Below are positions 27,712-37,796 of a stretch of 64,000 nucleotides of DNA, piece by piece. The stretch lies in IMG/VR virus record IMGVR_UViG_3300029305_007758, one strand, 5' to 3'. Both the position numbers and the translations under genes were made by a program. The DNA comes from a virus. Its lineage: Duplodnaviria; Heunggongvirae; Uroviricota; Caudoviricetes. Below the pieces are notes generated by a model. It had not been told where the DNA came from. It saw only the letters and a list, made by a program, of their open reading frames with translations, and did not search any database. Every line of letters starts with the position of its first letter. The first letter of the stretch is position 1.

Positions 27712-28173
27712 ATGTTACAGAATAAAACGGAAAAAGATGAAATGTTAAAGGAATTGTTAAAAGAAAATAAGTCTACGATATGGTTTGCGGCATTCTTTTT
27801 TGGATTCATCATATTTGTGTTGTGGAGTTCTGTTGCATTTGATGCTGTGATCAAAGATCTTGATACTGGTACAATAATATTTGAAACATTTTTTTCTACG
27901 TTTATTACTGGCATGTATTTTTATATAGTAATTCGTTTTGTAATTGATAGTATCAAAATTAAAAAATGTATTGTAAATGATACATATATTTATCAATATG
28001 TACCAATCAATAAATACGATGCGATTAAAAGTACAATGTATGCAAACTATAGCTATAATGGGGAAAATAAGCGAGTTTCAACTTCTACGCATAAAGCAAA
28101 AATGATACATGTATTTGATTGTAACGGTATTATTGTTTCAAAAGTAGAAGAAACAAAAGATTTATTACAGTAA
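27712..28173 (+). CDS. membrane protein
   Basis: GGAGTT RBS. TM helices. Confidence 0.5.
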   Translation: MLQNKTEKDEMLKELLKENKSTIWFAAFFFGFIIFVLWSSVAFDAVIKDLDTGTIIFETFFSTFITGMYFYIVIRFVIDSIKIKKCIVNDTYIYQYVPINKYDAIKSTMYANYSYNGENKRVSTSTHKAKMIHVFDCNGIIVSKVEETKDLLQ

Positions 28174-28188
28174 AAGGAGAAATGTAAG

Positions 28189-28533
28189 ATGACAGTTTTA
28201 ATTGACGGTTTAACAGCAGAACAGTATGCAAAGCTTTATATAGGAACAAAATGCAATGATATGGGGAGTCTTGTCAGTGCAAGAACTGGTATCGAGTATA
28301 AAGGTTACATTATTGAGCCAATGATAATGTCTTTTGACATTCGATATGCTGTATTTGGAGAAGGCTTTGTATTCAAAAAGTATAAAACCATTGAAGATGC
28401 AAAGCGTGATATCGATAAATATTTGGCGCAGAAATATGTAAACAATTTATTGGAACAAATAAGTTTTGATGCAGGGATTTCGAAAGAAATGATGCTTGAA
28501 ACATTAAAAGAAATGTTAATAGAGGTGAAATAA
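28189..28533 (+). CDS. hypothetical protein
   Basis: AAGGAGA RBS. Confidence 0.5.
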   Translation: MTVLIDGLTAEQYAKLYIGTKCNDMGSLVSARTGIEYKGYIIEPMIMSFDIRYAVFGEGFVFKKYKTIEDAKRDIDKYLAQKYVNNLLEQISFDAGISKEMMLETLKEMLIEVK

Positions 28534-29189
28534 TGTTTGATATTGTTGCAATTTTAGGAACACTACTTGGACTTATTGTTGGATTGGGAATTATGCTATC
28601 GCCTTTATTCATTATCATGCGTTATATGAAGAAACATAACAAAGGTTGGAATGATCCTTTGTTTGAAAAAGGAGAATGTAAACCACAAACACAATCAGAA
28701 CAATATAATATTGAAAAAAAGATTGCAAAACAATCAAATATAACAGCATTTTTGACGCGCTTGATGATTATTTGTGGAATCCAATCAATTGTTTCAATGA
28801 TTTTAATGTTTGTATATATGTTTTTGTTCCATGATTTTGATACATATTTCCTAATACTGATGATTTTTATGGTACTAATGTTAGTTACAGGTATTAGTGG
28901 TGCGATAATGTTTAAAATCATGGAAGTGACGGCATATCGCGCCGATGTTTCGATTTTTGGAGCAGATATTGTTACAGCAACTGCGCAAAGAGATCAAACA
29001 AGAAGGTTTGTAGCAAAGACAGTTGGTACGGATTATGTGAATCCTGGATTAATTGGTATGATAATTCGTGTTTCAGAACACTATGCAGAAAAATCTGGAT
29101 TCAAAACAATTCCAAAATGGATATATATTGTTATTAACATATGTTGCTATGGAGTTCATGCGGCAATAGCTATTGTTACAATAATTTAA
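28533..29189 (+). CDS. polytopic membrane protein
   Basis: GAGGTG RBS. At least 4 TM. Confidence 0.55.
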   Translation: MFDIVAILGTLLGLIVGLGIMLSPLFIIMRYMKKHNKGWNDPLFEKGECKPQTQSEQYNIEKKIAKQSNITAFLTRLMIICGIQSIVSMILMFVYMFLFHDFDTYFLILMIFMVLMLVTGISGAIMFKIMEVTAYRADVSIFGADIVTATAQRDQTRRFVAKTVGTDYVNPGLIGMIIRVSEHYAEKSGFKTIPKWIYIVINICCYGVHAAIAIVTII

Positions 29190-29334
29190 CTCTTATAATT
29201 GCTCAAATAATTTGAGTGTATCTTTTTCTTTTAGAAGCTGGCACATTTGTGTCAGCTTTGTTTGCGTTTAAGTATATTGTTTTGCAAAACTTTTTTCCAT
29301 ATTTAATGTAACAAAATAATAAGGAGGTAACAAA

Positions 29335-29787
29335 ATGTTACGAAAATTAATGTTGTTAATGACAATAATGTGCTTATTGATTGGATCCGGATGTTCAAGC
29401 TCCACAAAGTCGTACACATTTAATGTTGAAACCGGTGATTCTATTCGTATTGAACTTGATACAACTGGCGGTGCATACGATTTAAAACAGGAAGGTGGAC
29501 GTTTTAGTATTGTATCTACAGAAGATAATGAAGTTTTGACACAAGGTATATTTATTTTACCTGAATACTATGAATCATATGTAGAATCTGCAAAGTTATT
29601 TGAATATGAATGGGGTTCAAAAGATAACAATGTTCATATTTTCTATGAATATTTTGATGATACACATTTTGAAAATAATTATATCGTCGATATCACTGAC
29701 GCTACAGTACATATTATTCTTGCATCAGTAGCAGAAAAAGATGTGGCACAAGAAATTTTCAATCTATTAACAATTACAGCAGAATAG
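29335..29787 (+). CDS. putative lipoprotein
   Basis: AGGAGG RBS. LIGSGC lipobox. Confidence 0.6.
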   Translation: MLRKLMLLMTIMCLLIGSGCSSSTKSYTFNVETGDSIRIELDTTGGAYDLKQEGGRFSIVSTEDNEVLTQGIFILPEYYESYVESAKLFEYEWGSKDNNVHIFYEYFDDTHFENNYIVDITDATVHIILASVAEKDVAQEIFNLLTITAE

Positions 29788-29891
29788 TAAGTCGTAAAAG
29801 CATTGGATAACATAATCTGATGCTTTTGTTTTTACAATAAATATATACCATATTTATTCTGAATGTAAAATTTACAAAGGAGATATACAAT

Positions 29892-30203
29892 ATGGCAAAA
29901 CGAAAAGTAGTTCATGCAAATGTGTTTGGAATCAAATGTGATAATTCAAAATGTAATTATACAGATCCTACTGTTACATATGAAGATTATCCAAATTGGT
30001 TAAATAAGCCATGCCCATTATGTGGATGCAACTTGTTAACACAAGCAGATTATGACATTTGCAAAAAGATGATGGATCTTGCAGAGATTGCAAACAGTAC
30101 CTATGAAGTTCCAGAGAATAATGATGACTTAAAAAATGTTACATATCATTTTGGATTCAACGGAACTGGTACATTGTTATTAAAAGGAGTGTCGCGTGAA
30201 TAA
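29892..30203 (+). CDS. zinc-ribbon protein
   Basis: CDNSKC...CPLCGC. Confidence 0.5.
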   Translation: MAKRKVVHANVFGIKCDNSKCNYTDPTVTYEDYPNWLNKPCPLCGCNLLTQADYDICKKMMDLAEIANSTYEVPENNDDLKNVTYHFGFNGTGTLLLKGVSRE

Positions 30204-30279
30204 CGTGACACTTTTTTTTCTTCGTTTTAAATAAAAATGATCCTTATATATTAAAACAAACAAAAGGAGAGTAAAATTA

Positions 30280-30645
30280 ATGAAATTTGAAAAAGATTTT
30301 AGAAACATTTCATTACAAAGTGGTGATTTAGTCATTATTGCTCATTATCAAAAAGGTTCAGCAGCAAGCGGATTTAATTACGGTATTATTTTGAATAACA
30401 AACTATACTATTATAATGGTTATCCGGAACATTTATTACGAACAGAATTGTTAACAGAGTTTACAATCAGTACATCCCGTCAATTAGATGAAGGACAAGT
30501 GATTAAACTTGAAACGCTAACAGAATATGAACGTAAAATCAAAACTGGATTATTAACAATTATTGCATCAGATCCTAGAGACAAAGTTCCATTTGTTTCA
30601 AATTTCAATTTGGATAAACAAATGGCAAAATCGATGCTTGTATGA
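30280..30645 (+). CDS. hypothetical protein
   Basis: AAGGAGAG RBS. Motif A at about 30222. Confidence 0.5.
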   Translation: MKFEKDFRNISLQSGDLVIIAHYQKGSAASGFNYGIILNNKLYYYNGYPEHLLRTELLTEFTISTSRQLDEGQVIKLETLTEYERKIKTGLLTIIASDPRDKVPFVSNFNLDKQMAKSMLV

Positions 30646-30654
30646 GGTGAAACA

Positions 30655-31143
30655 ATGATTACAATTGAATGCAGTGAAGAAGGGTTAATAACAAAAGCAA
30701 CCATCAACGCACATATTACACAAAAAGATTTTATGGAAGTATTTAATCGTTCCGGGTTAATAGGTATCTATAATCTTGGAATGAAGCATATGTTACAATA
30801 TATGACTGATAACAAAACAAAAGGAGAAGATAGTGAAATGTTAAGCATTGATCAAGCATTAGCAATTTATTCAGATAAAATCGCAACAGGAGAAGAAGTC
30901 AACATTGATGAAATCTGTAATCAGTTAGATAAATCAGATAGAAAAGAATTCATTAATCTTGCAGAAATGGTATTGATGACAATGGATCTGGAAACAAAAT
31001 CATTTGACGAATTTTTCGGCAAATTAAATACATATAAAGAATCTGTTTACCCAGTAATAGGTGAGATTACGCCTCAAGATTCATTAGAAACATACAAACT
31101 CGTAACACATCATGCATCTAAATACGATGATAAAAATATTTAA
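30655..31143 (+). CDS. hypothetical protein
   Basis: GAGGTG RBS. Confidence 0.5.
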   Translation: MITIECSEEGLITKATINAHITQKDFMEVFNRSGLIGIYNLGMKHMLQYMTDNKTKGEDSEMLSIDQALAIYSDKIATGEEVNIDEICNQLDKSDRKEFINLAEMVLMTMDLETKSFDEFFGKLNTYKESVYPVIGEITPQDSLETYKLVTHHASKYDDKNI

Positions 31144-31243
31144 AAAAAATGAAACTTTTACTACGTTTCTGTTTTAAATGAACCTATTGCATATATCACG
31201 TAAAAAATACGTAGAAAAATTCAAGTCAAAAGGAGACAAACAA

Positions 31244-32827
31244 ATGATTATTTTAATCGGTATCGTAGCAGCAATTGTATTAGTAGCAGCTGTAGCAGCA
31301 TGTACTTACAAGGTGGCAGATGTAGACAAAGCATTAATTATCACAGGTGGCAAAGAACCAATCATCAAAGTATCCGGTGGTGGATTTGTAATCCCTATCA
31401 TTCGTAAACATTCATATTTCGATCTTTGCATGTTAACAGTTCCTGCAGACAGTGATGAAATTAAAACAAAAACCGCTGTTCCAATTATTGTTGACTGGAC
31501 AGCACAGATTCGTCCAAATTCAAAGAATGTTGATTTATTAAAGAAAGCCGTTGTGTCATTCAAAGAACGTGGTCAGCAGGGTATTATCGATGACGTAAAA
31601 TTAACACTTATGGGTTCTGTAAGAAATATCGTTGCAACAATGACACCGGAACAGGTGCAGAACGATAAGGATACATTCAAGCAGAATATTGTAAAAGAAG
31701 TTACAGATGAATTAGAAGAAATGGGTCTCGAACTTGTTTCATTAAACATTCAGGACATTACCGATAGAAACGGTTACTATGACGATATTGCAGCAAAAGA
31801 CCGTGAAGAAAAACGTAAAGAAGCAGAACGTGTACGTGCAATCGCTGATCAGCAGATTCGTGAACAGAACGCTGCATCAAACAAGATTGCTCAGGAAAAG
31901 GAGCTTGAAACAGAGCTTCAGATTGCGGAAAAGAAACGTGACAATGATTTAAAGAAAGCAGAATTTAAAGCTGAAACAGACAAAGCGAATGCTGATGCTG
32001 CTGTATCAGGTAAATTGCAGGAAACAATCCGTGCGCAGGAAATTGCTGCACAGGAAGGTCGTGTTGCAGTTGTTAAGCAGGAACAGGCAAATTTAGCAGC
32101 ACAGAAGCGTCAGGAAGTTGTAAAGACAGAATCAGAAACAAATAAAATTCAGGCGGAAATTAAAGCATCAGAGGATGCAAAAGTAGCTGAAATCAATGCA
32201 GAAGCAAATGCAAAAGTAGCTGAAACAAAAGCGGCCGGTGAAGCAAGAGCTCTTGAAGCAGAAGCACTTGGTAAGGCAAAAGCAGCAGAAACAGAAGCAC
32301 TTGGTAAGGCGAGAGCAGTAGAAGCAGAAGCAACTGGTGAGGCAAGAGCAGTAGAAGCAAAAGCAACTGCAGAAGCGAATGCTATTAAGGCAAAAGGTGA
32401 TGCAGAAGCAGACATTATTGCTAAAAAAGGTACTGCAGAAGCGGAAGCAATTAGAGCAAAACTGTTAGCAGAAGCTGATGGTGAAAAGGAACTTGCTGCG
32501 GCTCGTGCTTCTAACGAAAAGGTTAACTTTGAAATTGAGAAGTTAAAAATTGAAACAGAAGCCCGCATTCAGATTGCTACAAACACTGCACAGATTATGG
32601 CAGAAGTTGGTAAGAATGCTGAATTCGTTAATATCGGTGGCGGTGCATTGCCGACAGGCGGTACCGGTAACGTATTAATGGATACAATGGCAAGTATTCC
32701 ACAGATGATGAAGCTTCTTGATGTGCAGAATCAGGCACTTAATGGTCGTGACTTCAAAGAGGAAGTTACGGGGTTGGTTGAAGCAGTAGCAGAACCAATC
32801 AAAGGCACTGGCAAGAAAGATAAATAA
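31244..32827 (+). CDS. flotillin-like SPFH/band-7 protein (FloT/YuaG-like) with long Ala/Glu-rich coiled-coil
   Basis: N-terminal TM followed by an SPFH core (LIITGG...VSGGGFVIPI...DLCMLTV). Repeated AEAxGKAxA(V/A)E heptads. AAGGAGA RBS at 31244. Confidence 0.7.
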   Translation: MIILIGIVAAIVLVAAVAACTYKVADVDKALIITGGKEPIIKVSGGGFVIPIIRKHSYFDLCMLTVPADSDEIKTKTAVPIIVDWTAQIRPNSKNVDLLKKAVVSFKERGQQGIIDDVKLTLMGSVRNIVATMTPEQVQNDKDTFKQNIVKEVTDELEEMGLELVSLNIQDITDRNGYYDDIAAKDREEKRKEAERVRAIADQQIREQNAASNKIAQEKELETELQIAEKKRDNDLKKAEFKAETDKANADAAVSGKLQETIRAQEIAAQEGRVAVVKQEQANLAAQKRQEVVKTESETNKIQAEIKASEDAKVAEINAEANAKVAETKAAGEARALEAEALGKAKAAETEALGKARAVEAEATGEARAVEAKATAEANAIKAKGDAEADIIAKKGTAEAEAIRAKLLAEADGEKELAAARASNEKVNFEIEKLKIETEARIQIATNTAQIMAEVGKNAEFVNIGGGALPTGGTGNVLMDTMASIPQMMKLLDVQNQALNGRDFKEEVTGLVEAVAEPIKGTGKKDK

Positions 32828-32924
32828 ATCATTTTTATATAACGCTCCGGGTTAATTCTCGGAGCGTTAAAAAAAACATCGCATCCCATATTTAAAACAT
32901 AAATAAAAAGAAGGGAGACAAACA

Positions 32925-33176
32925 ATGTTAAAAACTGTTTTAAAGACCATTGTATTAGTATTTGTATTTACTGTAACAATTGGTATCGATACTGCAATTT
33001 CACCGATCATTATGAATTCATTAGCAATGCAGCAAATGAACAATTCTATTGATTCATCAATGTGGATTCAGATGTATCAATATTTTAGTAATTACAAGTT
33101 TTTAGTAATGCTTGCAATTGCACTTGTAACTTACGCAAATGAAATTGAAACACTTGTTTTGAAGTTTAAGAAGTAG
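32925..33176 (+). CDS. small membrane protein
   Basis: GGGAGA RBS. Confidence 0.45.
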   Translation: MLKTVLKTIVLVFVFTVTIGIDTAISPIIMNSLAMQQMNNSIDSSMWIQMYQYFSNYKFLVMLAIALVTYANEIETLVLKFKK

Positions 33177-33196
33177 TTTCAAACATATCTTACATA

Positions 33197-33207
33197 CCAT
33201 ATTTATA
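33197..33207 (+). promoter_or_regulatory. motif-B promoter-like element
   Basis: accatatttat, upstream of 33242. Confidence 0.5.
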
Positions 33208-33241
33208 CAGTAAATATATGAAACAAAAGGAGAAAAACAAA

Positions 33242-34186
33242 ATGAAAAAGAAAATCTCACTTATTGCAATGACACTTATTATGATGTTTAGTATGACGGC
33301 TTGTATCAAACCGTATGATACACCAGAATTTATTACCATCGAAGCATCACAGACAGCATTCCTTATTCCGTTAGTAGGTAATACAGCAGATCAGGCATCG
33401 TTCGAATCAGAAGAACTTTTAGCAGAAGCTAAGGTTGCAGCAAAAGAAATTCAGATTCCACATCGTTGGGTGCAGACAGCTCGTTTCAGTTGGGTTGGTG
33501 AATGGAGAGATGCTGCTAAGCTGATTGTAGTTGAAAGAACACCGGTTACGCGTGAATGGAACTCCGGTAAAGATGCTGGTACATCAACTAAGAATCAGGC
33601 AATTTATGCTGAATCAAAAGAATCTATTGGATTCTCAGTTGGTATGAATATTTCGGCTCAGATTTACACAGAAGACGATGCTGTTAAATTCTTGTATTCA
33701 TATAATAACAAATCGTTAGAAGAAATTATGGATACAGAGATTCGTGCCAGAGTTGAGTCAAAATTCGTTGAAGAGTGTGCGAAATATACTCTAAATGACA
33801 TTCTTTCTGCAAAAGAAGATATCATGAAAGTCGTAAGAGACGATGTTACGACTTACTTTGAAGAAAAGGGTATCACCATCACCGTTCTTGGTATGAAAGA
33901 TGGTATCGAGTATGATGATCCGGAAATTCAGAAAGCAATTAATGAAAAGTTTTCTTCTGAACAGTTACTTGTAACACAGCAGAATAAAAATGCGGTTACT
34001 ATTTCTGAAGCAGAAGCAAATGCTCAGGCAAAATTAATTGAAGCAGAAGCAGAAGCGGAAGCAAACAGAAAGATTGCGTCATCTTTGACTCAGACATTAA
34101 TTGATAAAATGATGTATGAAAAATGGGATGGCAAGCTTCCTGAAGTGCAGGGGTCTGATGCAACAATCATTGACCTGACACCGTAA
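33242..34186 (+). CDS. SPFH/band-7-like lipoprotein
   Basis: Lipobox MTAC. C-terminal EAEAEAEANRKIA repeat typical of HflC/stomatin-like proteins. Confidence 0.55.
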   Translation: MKKKISLIAMTLIMMFSMTACIKPYDTPEFITIEASQTAFLIPLVGNTADQASFESEELLAEAKVAAKEIQIPHRWVQTARFSWVGEWRDAAKLIVVERTPVTREWNSGKDAGTSTKNQAIYAESKESIGFSVGMNISAQIYTEDDAVKFLYSYNNKSLEEIMDTEIRARVESKFVEECAKYTLNDILSAKEDIMKVVRDDVTTYFEEKGITITVLGMKDGIEYDDPEIQKAINEKFSSEQLLVTQQNKNAVTISEAEANAQAKLIEAEAEAEANRKIASSLTQTLIDKMMYEKWDGKLPEVQGSDATIIDLTP

Positions 34187-34203
34187 TTAATTGAAAAGAT
34201 TTT

Positions 34204-34233
34204 GACCGTTGCATATGCAGCGGTCTTTTCTTT
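34204..34233 (+). terminator. Rho-independent terminator closing the plus arm
   Basis: gaccgttgcat / atgcagcggtc followed by ttttcttt. Confidence 0.55.
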
Positions 34234-34390
34234 ATACAAAAATATACTGAATTGTATTTAAATTGCGCCAATATTTAGCGACTAACTTAGTTTTATAGAA
34301 AATTCATTGGCACTTTTTTGTCTGCTGCAAGCAATCCAGGCTCAATAAAAATCTATGCTAAGAGCTTGTAAACAAGATGATAGTAGTAAC

Positions 34391-34438
34391 AAAAACAAAA
34401 AGCCCGCATCATTTGTGCGAGCTAATTTGTTTGTTTTT
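34391..34438. terminator. bidirectional hairpin (A-run, stem, T-run) at the convergence point of the two arms
   Basis: aaaaacaaaa agcccgca..tgcgagct aatttgtttgttttt. Confidence 0.5.
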
Positions 34439-34661
34439 AATCATAATTGATTTCGTATTCCGTCTGTTCCGAAATTTCTGTAATAGTCTCATAATAACTT
34501 TTCATATGACAAATACCATAAGCATCTGTTGCAAATTCACCTGATACAAACTTTTTAGTTTCAGACATTTCTACAAACACATATTCATGGTCACATTCAT
34601 AACCATCCGAATTTTCATGTGTTTTTACAACGATACGTGTTTTAACCGGTATTAACTTCAT
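34437..34661 (-). CDS. hypothetical protein (74 aa)
   Basis: First gene of the minus arm. Confidence 0.45.
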   Translation of the reverse strand: MKLIPVKTRIVVKTHENSDGYECDHEYVFVEMSETKKFVSGEFATDAYGICHMKSYYETITEISEQTEYEINYD

Positions 34662-34664
34662 CTG

Positions 34665-35777
34665 TTACACCTCGTTTTCCATAGTATGATTATCAACCAT
34701 ATACTGGAACTCATCTAATTCGTAATGATTTACAGCAATCTGTAACATATCATATTTGAGACGATACTTAAGATTATCCAATGGAAAGTTAATTGGAATA
34801 TCTGTAACAATTGTTGCAAGATTCTTTGATAATAATGCAGCGTCACGTCCATCCATTAATTTCTGTAACGGATTACGTTTAATTCCATGAGTTTTCATAT
34901 CCTCCGCAAGCTGATTTAGCAATGTTTCATCACCTTTACATTTATCAATTGCTGCATAAATACCTTCTACAGAATGATAACGCTGCAATAACGGAACTGC
35001 AGTCCCTGGCCCGATGCCTTTTGCACCAGGAATATTGTCTGACGAATCACCTGCTAAACCTTTCAGGTCCGGAATTTGTTTCGGATATACGCCATCTTCA
35101 ATATACGTGATTTCTGCATTAAATGTAACGCATTTACGATATGTTTTTGGATTGAATGGGTCTGTTGCGTCATTGTTTTCCGGCGCAAATTTACCATATT
35201 CTACACGCATATTTGCCGCAACTTCTTCTGATTTTTGCATAATGATACCGGTAACATTCTGATCGATTAACTGAAGCCAATCATGGTCTTTTGTTACAAA
35301 TAATACCTTACCACATTCATGTTTAAAATGTGTAATAAGGGAACCGGCTAAATCATCTGCTTCATATTTATCGGCCCAAAATGATGGAATTCCGATATTT
35401 TTAAGAATCAAACGTGTTGTATCCATTTGTTCTTTTAATGCATCCGGTTTTGTAGCACGATTTGCTTTATAATCCGGATACATCATTTTACGAAATGTTG
35501 TTTTGCTACTTTTATCAAAACAAACTGCAACATGTGTTGGCTTGTAAAAATTAATCAAACCAAAAATTGTTGCCAATGTTGATGCTACAGAATTTGTATA
35601 TGTACCATCTTTCGTCTGGCGTAATTCTTTGCGACAAAGTTGATTTGCTTTATCTACATCCTTTTCATTTTGGATATAAATTGGAATGCTACCATAGAAA
35701 TTCGTCGCAACTAAAGATGCGCCATCAATGACCAGTAACAAATTATTATTTACAGGTTTTGTTACGTTAAACGCCAT
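34665..35777 (-). CDS. 5'-3' exonuclease / flap endonuclease (Pol I N-terminal-like)
   Basis: LLVIDGASL, HVAVCFD, YKANR. H3TH motif LAGDSSDNIPGAKGIGPGTA. Start trimmed to the second ATG, which follows an AAAGGAGG RBS. Confidence 0.8.
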   Translation of the reverse strand: MAFNVTKPVNNNLLLVIDGASLVATNFYGSIPIYIQNEKDVDKANQLCRKELRQTKDGTYTNSVASTLATIFGLINFYKPTHVAVCFDKSSKTTFRKMMYPDYKANRATKPDALKEQMDTTRLILKNIGIPSFWADKYEADDLAGSLITHFKHECGKVLFVTKDHDWLQLIDQNVTGIIMQKSEEVAANMRVEYGKFAPENNDATDPFNPKTYRKCVTFNAEITYIEDGVYPKQIPDLKGLAGDSSDNIPGAKGIGPGTAVPLLQRYHSVEGIYAAIDKCKGDETLLNQLAEDMKTHGIKRNPLQKLMDGRDAALLSKNLATIVTDIPINFPLDNLKYRLKYDMLQIAVNHYELDEFQYMVDNHTMENEV

Positions 35778-36015
35778 GTTTTTACCTCCTTTATTATTCA
35801 TTGTTATAGCTTTTAACGTATTAAATATGGTATCTAAGGTATACGAAACAAAAGGCTTCGGCTTGTTTACAAATTATGTAACTGATATATAATGATGCAG
35901 AAAAAACACACGAAGCTTTTTCTGTTATATAATGTGTGTCGTAAAATTGTTATTTAGCGACTAACCATGCGCAAAAACAAAACCCGAAACTGCTCTTTTG
36001 TTCCGGGCTTAATAT

Positions 36016-36363
36016 TTATAATGAATTAACAAACGTTTTGAAACATTTTTTATCGTTATTAAACAAAACTGTCACAATATCATTAACTTCTTGGTTAGCA
36101 TATGTTTCCATTTTTATAATTGCTTCATAATAATGATAACGTTCAATTTTATCAACGCTTATAAAACCTTTCTTTTTTAGTCTGGTCATAAATGTTGCAA
36201 TTGTTTGTATTTTCCATTTCTTGTTGTACCGTTTTCTTGCAATTTCATCCACTTCAAACAATGTTAACGGTCTCTTCGCGTCCCATAAAATTGACATAAT
36301 CAATCTTTCTGCTTCCGGCAATTTCATGTCAAAAATCTCCTTGTTTTCATTTCGTAATTTCAT
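36016..36363 (-). CDS. BlaI/MecI/CopY-family winged-helix repressor-like protein (second paralog)
   Basis: LIMSILWDAKRPLTLFEV...KKWKIQTIATFMTRLKKKGFIS. Terminator at 35966..36000. Confidence 0.5.
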   Translation of the reverse strand: MKLRNENKEIFDMKLPEAERLIMSILWDAKRPLTLFEVDEIARKRYNKKWKIQTIATFMTRLKKKGFISVDKIERYHYYEAIIKMETYANQEVNDIVTVLFNNDKKCFKTFVNSL

Positions 36364-36518
36364 TATATATCACATTTTCTTAAAAATAAAGAATTTTCTC
36401 GTTCCATTTTCTTCCGTTTTAAGAAAAATAATAAGGACAGGTCTAATCCTGTCCTCTATTGTTAGTAATCATGGCTTTTATAACATATTATATAGGAGCT
36501 AATTTCGCTATACATATT

Positions 36519-37430
36519 TTAACTAGCCATAGTTCTTTTTGCAACAATTTCTTTTTCCACACATGCTACCGCTTCTTCGAAATATTGCTCCAGATGTTTT
36601 AACTTATTTGTTTGTAACATTTGGTCCATTGATACAATTACTGCCGCCTCCATATCCTTTGCAATTAATCTTATGCATTGTTCAAAAAGTTGTTCCATTA
36701 CTTCTGGCTCCATAATAAATCCGGCCGCAAATTTACCAAACATTTTATTAAATTCTGATACAGTATATTCTGTTCCGGTATACAATTCTATACCTTCTGT
36801 TTCTGCATCAATTAATGTTAAATATAAACACGCTTCTGTTTTTTCATTTTGCTTATTAATTGGCAAATATAATAACTGTAACTGTAATTCAGTTGCTAAT
36901 GGACCGTTACAATTTGTTGCAGTATATTCATACACGCCTCTTAATTCGTCAATACATTGACATTTATTCATATATGCATATTTATTCGATTCTTGTCCAT
37001 ATTTAACAATAACTTCATTCAGCGATTTTCTTTTTGCGATACAATAATTGTTTTTAAACATGGATGAAAGTAATACTTGATTTGTATCAATCCCTTCTCT
37101 CATTGCAATTCCAATATCTGTAGCCATAAGTATTGCGATATTTTGTAAGATTTCAGGATGTTTTGTTGCAGATAAATCTGTTTCAAAATTCTCGTTTACA
37201 TTACAAATATTACAAATATCTTTTCCATCAAATTTATCATTATTTACAATAATTCCGTTACAAATAGCTGATACACTTGCCATGTCTCCATTTTTTATTG
37301 CAATCAATTTCATGCTGACAATCGTATCATATTCAACTTCTACAATCACAGTTGCTTTTGTTACAATTTCTTTTTGTGCTTTAACAACCGTACACTCTTT
37401 ATATGTTACTTCTGAGTTTACTGAACCCAT
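36519..37430 (-). CDS. hypothetical protein
   Basis: 303 aa. Confidence 0.6.
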   Translation of the reverse strand: MGSVNSEVTYKECTVVKAQKEIVTKATVIVEVEYDTIVSMKLIAIKNGDMASVSAICNGIIVNNDKFDGKDICNICNVNENFETDLSATKHPEILQNIAILMATDIGIAMREGIDTNQVLLSSMFKNNYCIAKRKSLNEVIVKYGQESNKYAYMNKCQCIDELRGVYEYTATNCNGPLATELQLQLLYLPINKQNEKTEACLYLTLIDAETEGIELYTGTEYTVSEFNKMFGKFAAGFIMEPEVMEQLFEQCIRLIAKDMEAAVIVSMDQMLQTNKLKHLEQYFEEAVACVEKEIVAKRTMAS

Positions 37431-37442
37431 AATATAACCTCT

Positions 37443-37739
37443 CTATTCAATTTTATTTTCCAATACCTGTTTTGCAGCATTTTCAATTGCATCAATTGCT
37501 GTCTGATTCAATGTTTCTACTGCTGTTACGTATTGCTCAAAAGTTAATTTTTCATCTTCAGTAATCTGATTTAAAAGAATAAATCTTTCAATCGTATCAT
37601 GAAGATTACTAAAGTGTCCAATTACTTTATCTACAAGTTTTTCGGCACCTTCTCTTGTGTGACCAATAGTTTCTTGTCGCAATACAAATTCGCGACTTTT
37701 AATGTCGACATAATATCCAGAAGTTAATTCAATTTTCAT
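37443..37739 (-). CDS. hypothetical protein
   Basis: 98 aa. Confidence 0.5.
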   Translation of the reverse strand: MKIELTSGYYVDIKSREFVLRQETIGHTREGAEKLVDKVIGHFSNLHDTIERFILLNQITEDEKLTFEQYVTAVETLNQTAIDAIENAAKQVLENKIE

Positions 37740-37796
37740 AATTCATATTCTCCATCAAAACAAATACCGGGACAAAACCAATTGCCCCGGCATCTT

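Noticed and set aside
32149-32568. Minus-strand Ala/Ser-rich ORF (139 aa)
   Set aside because: Mirror-frame artefact of the GC-rich (GAA/GCA)n coiled-coil repeats of the flotillin gene on the plus strand.
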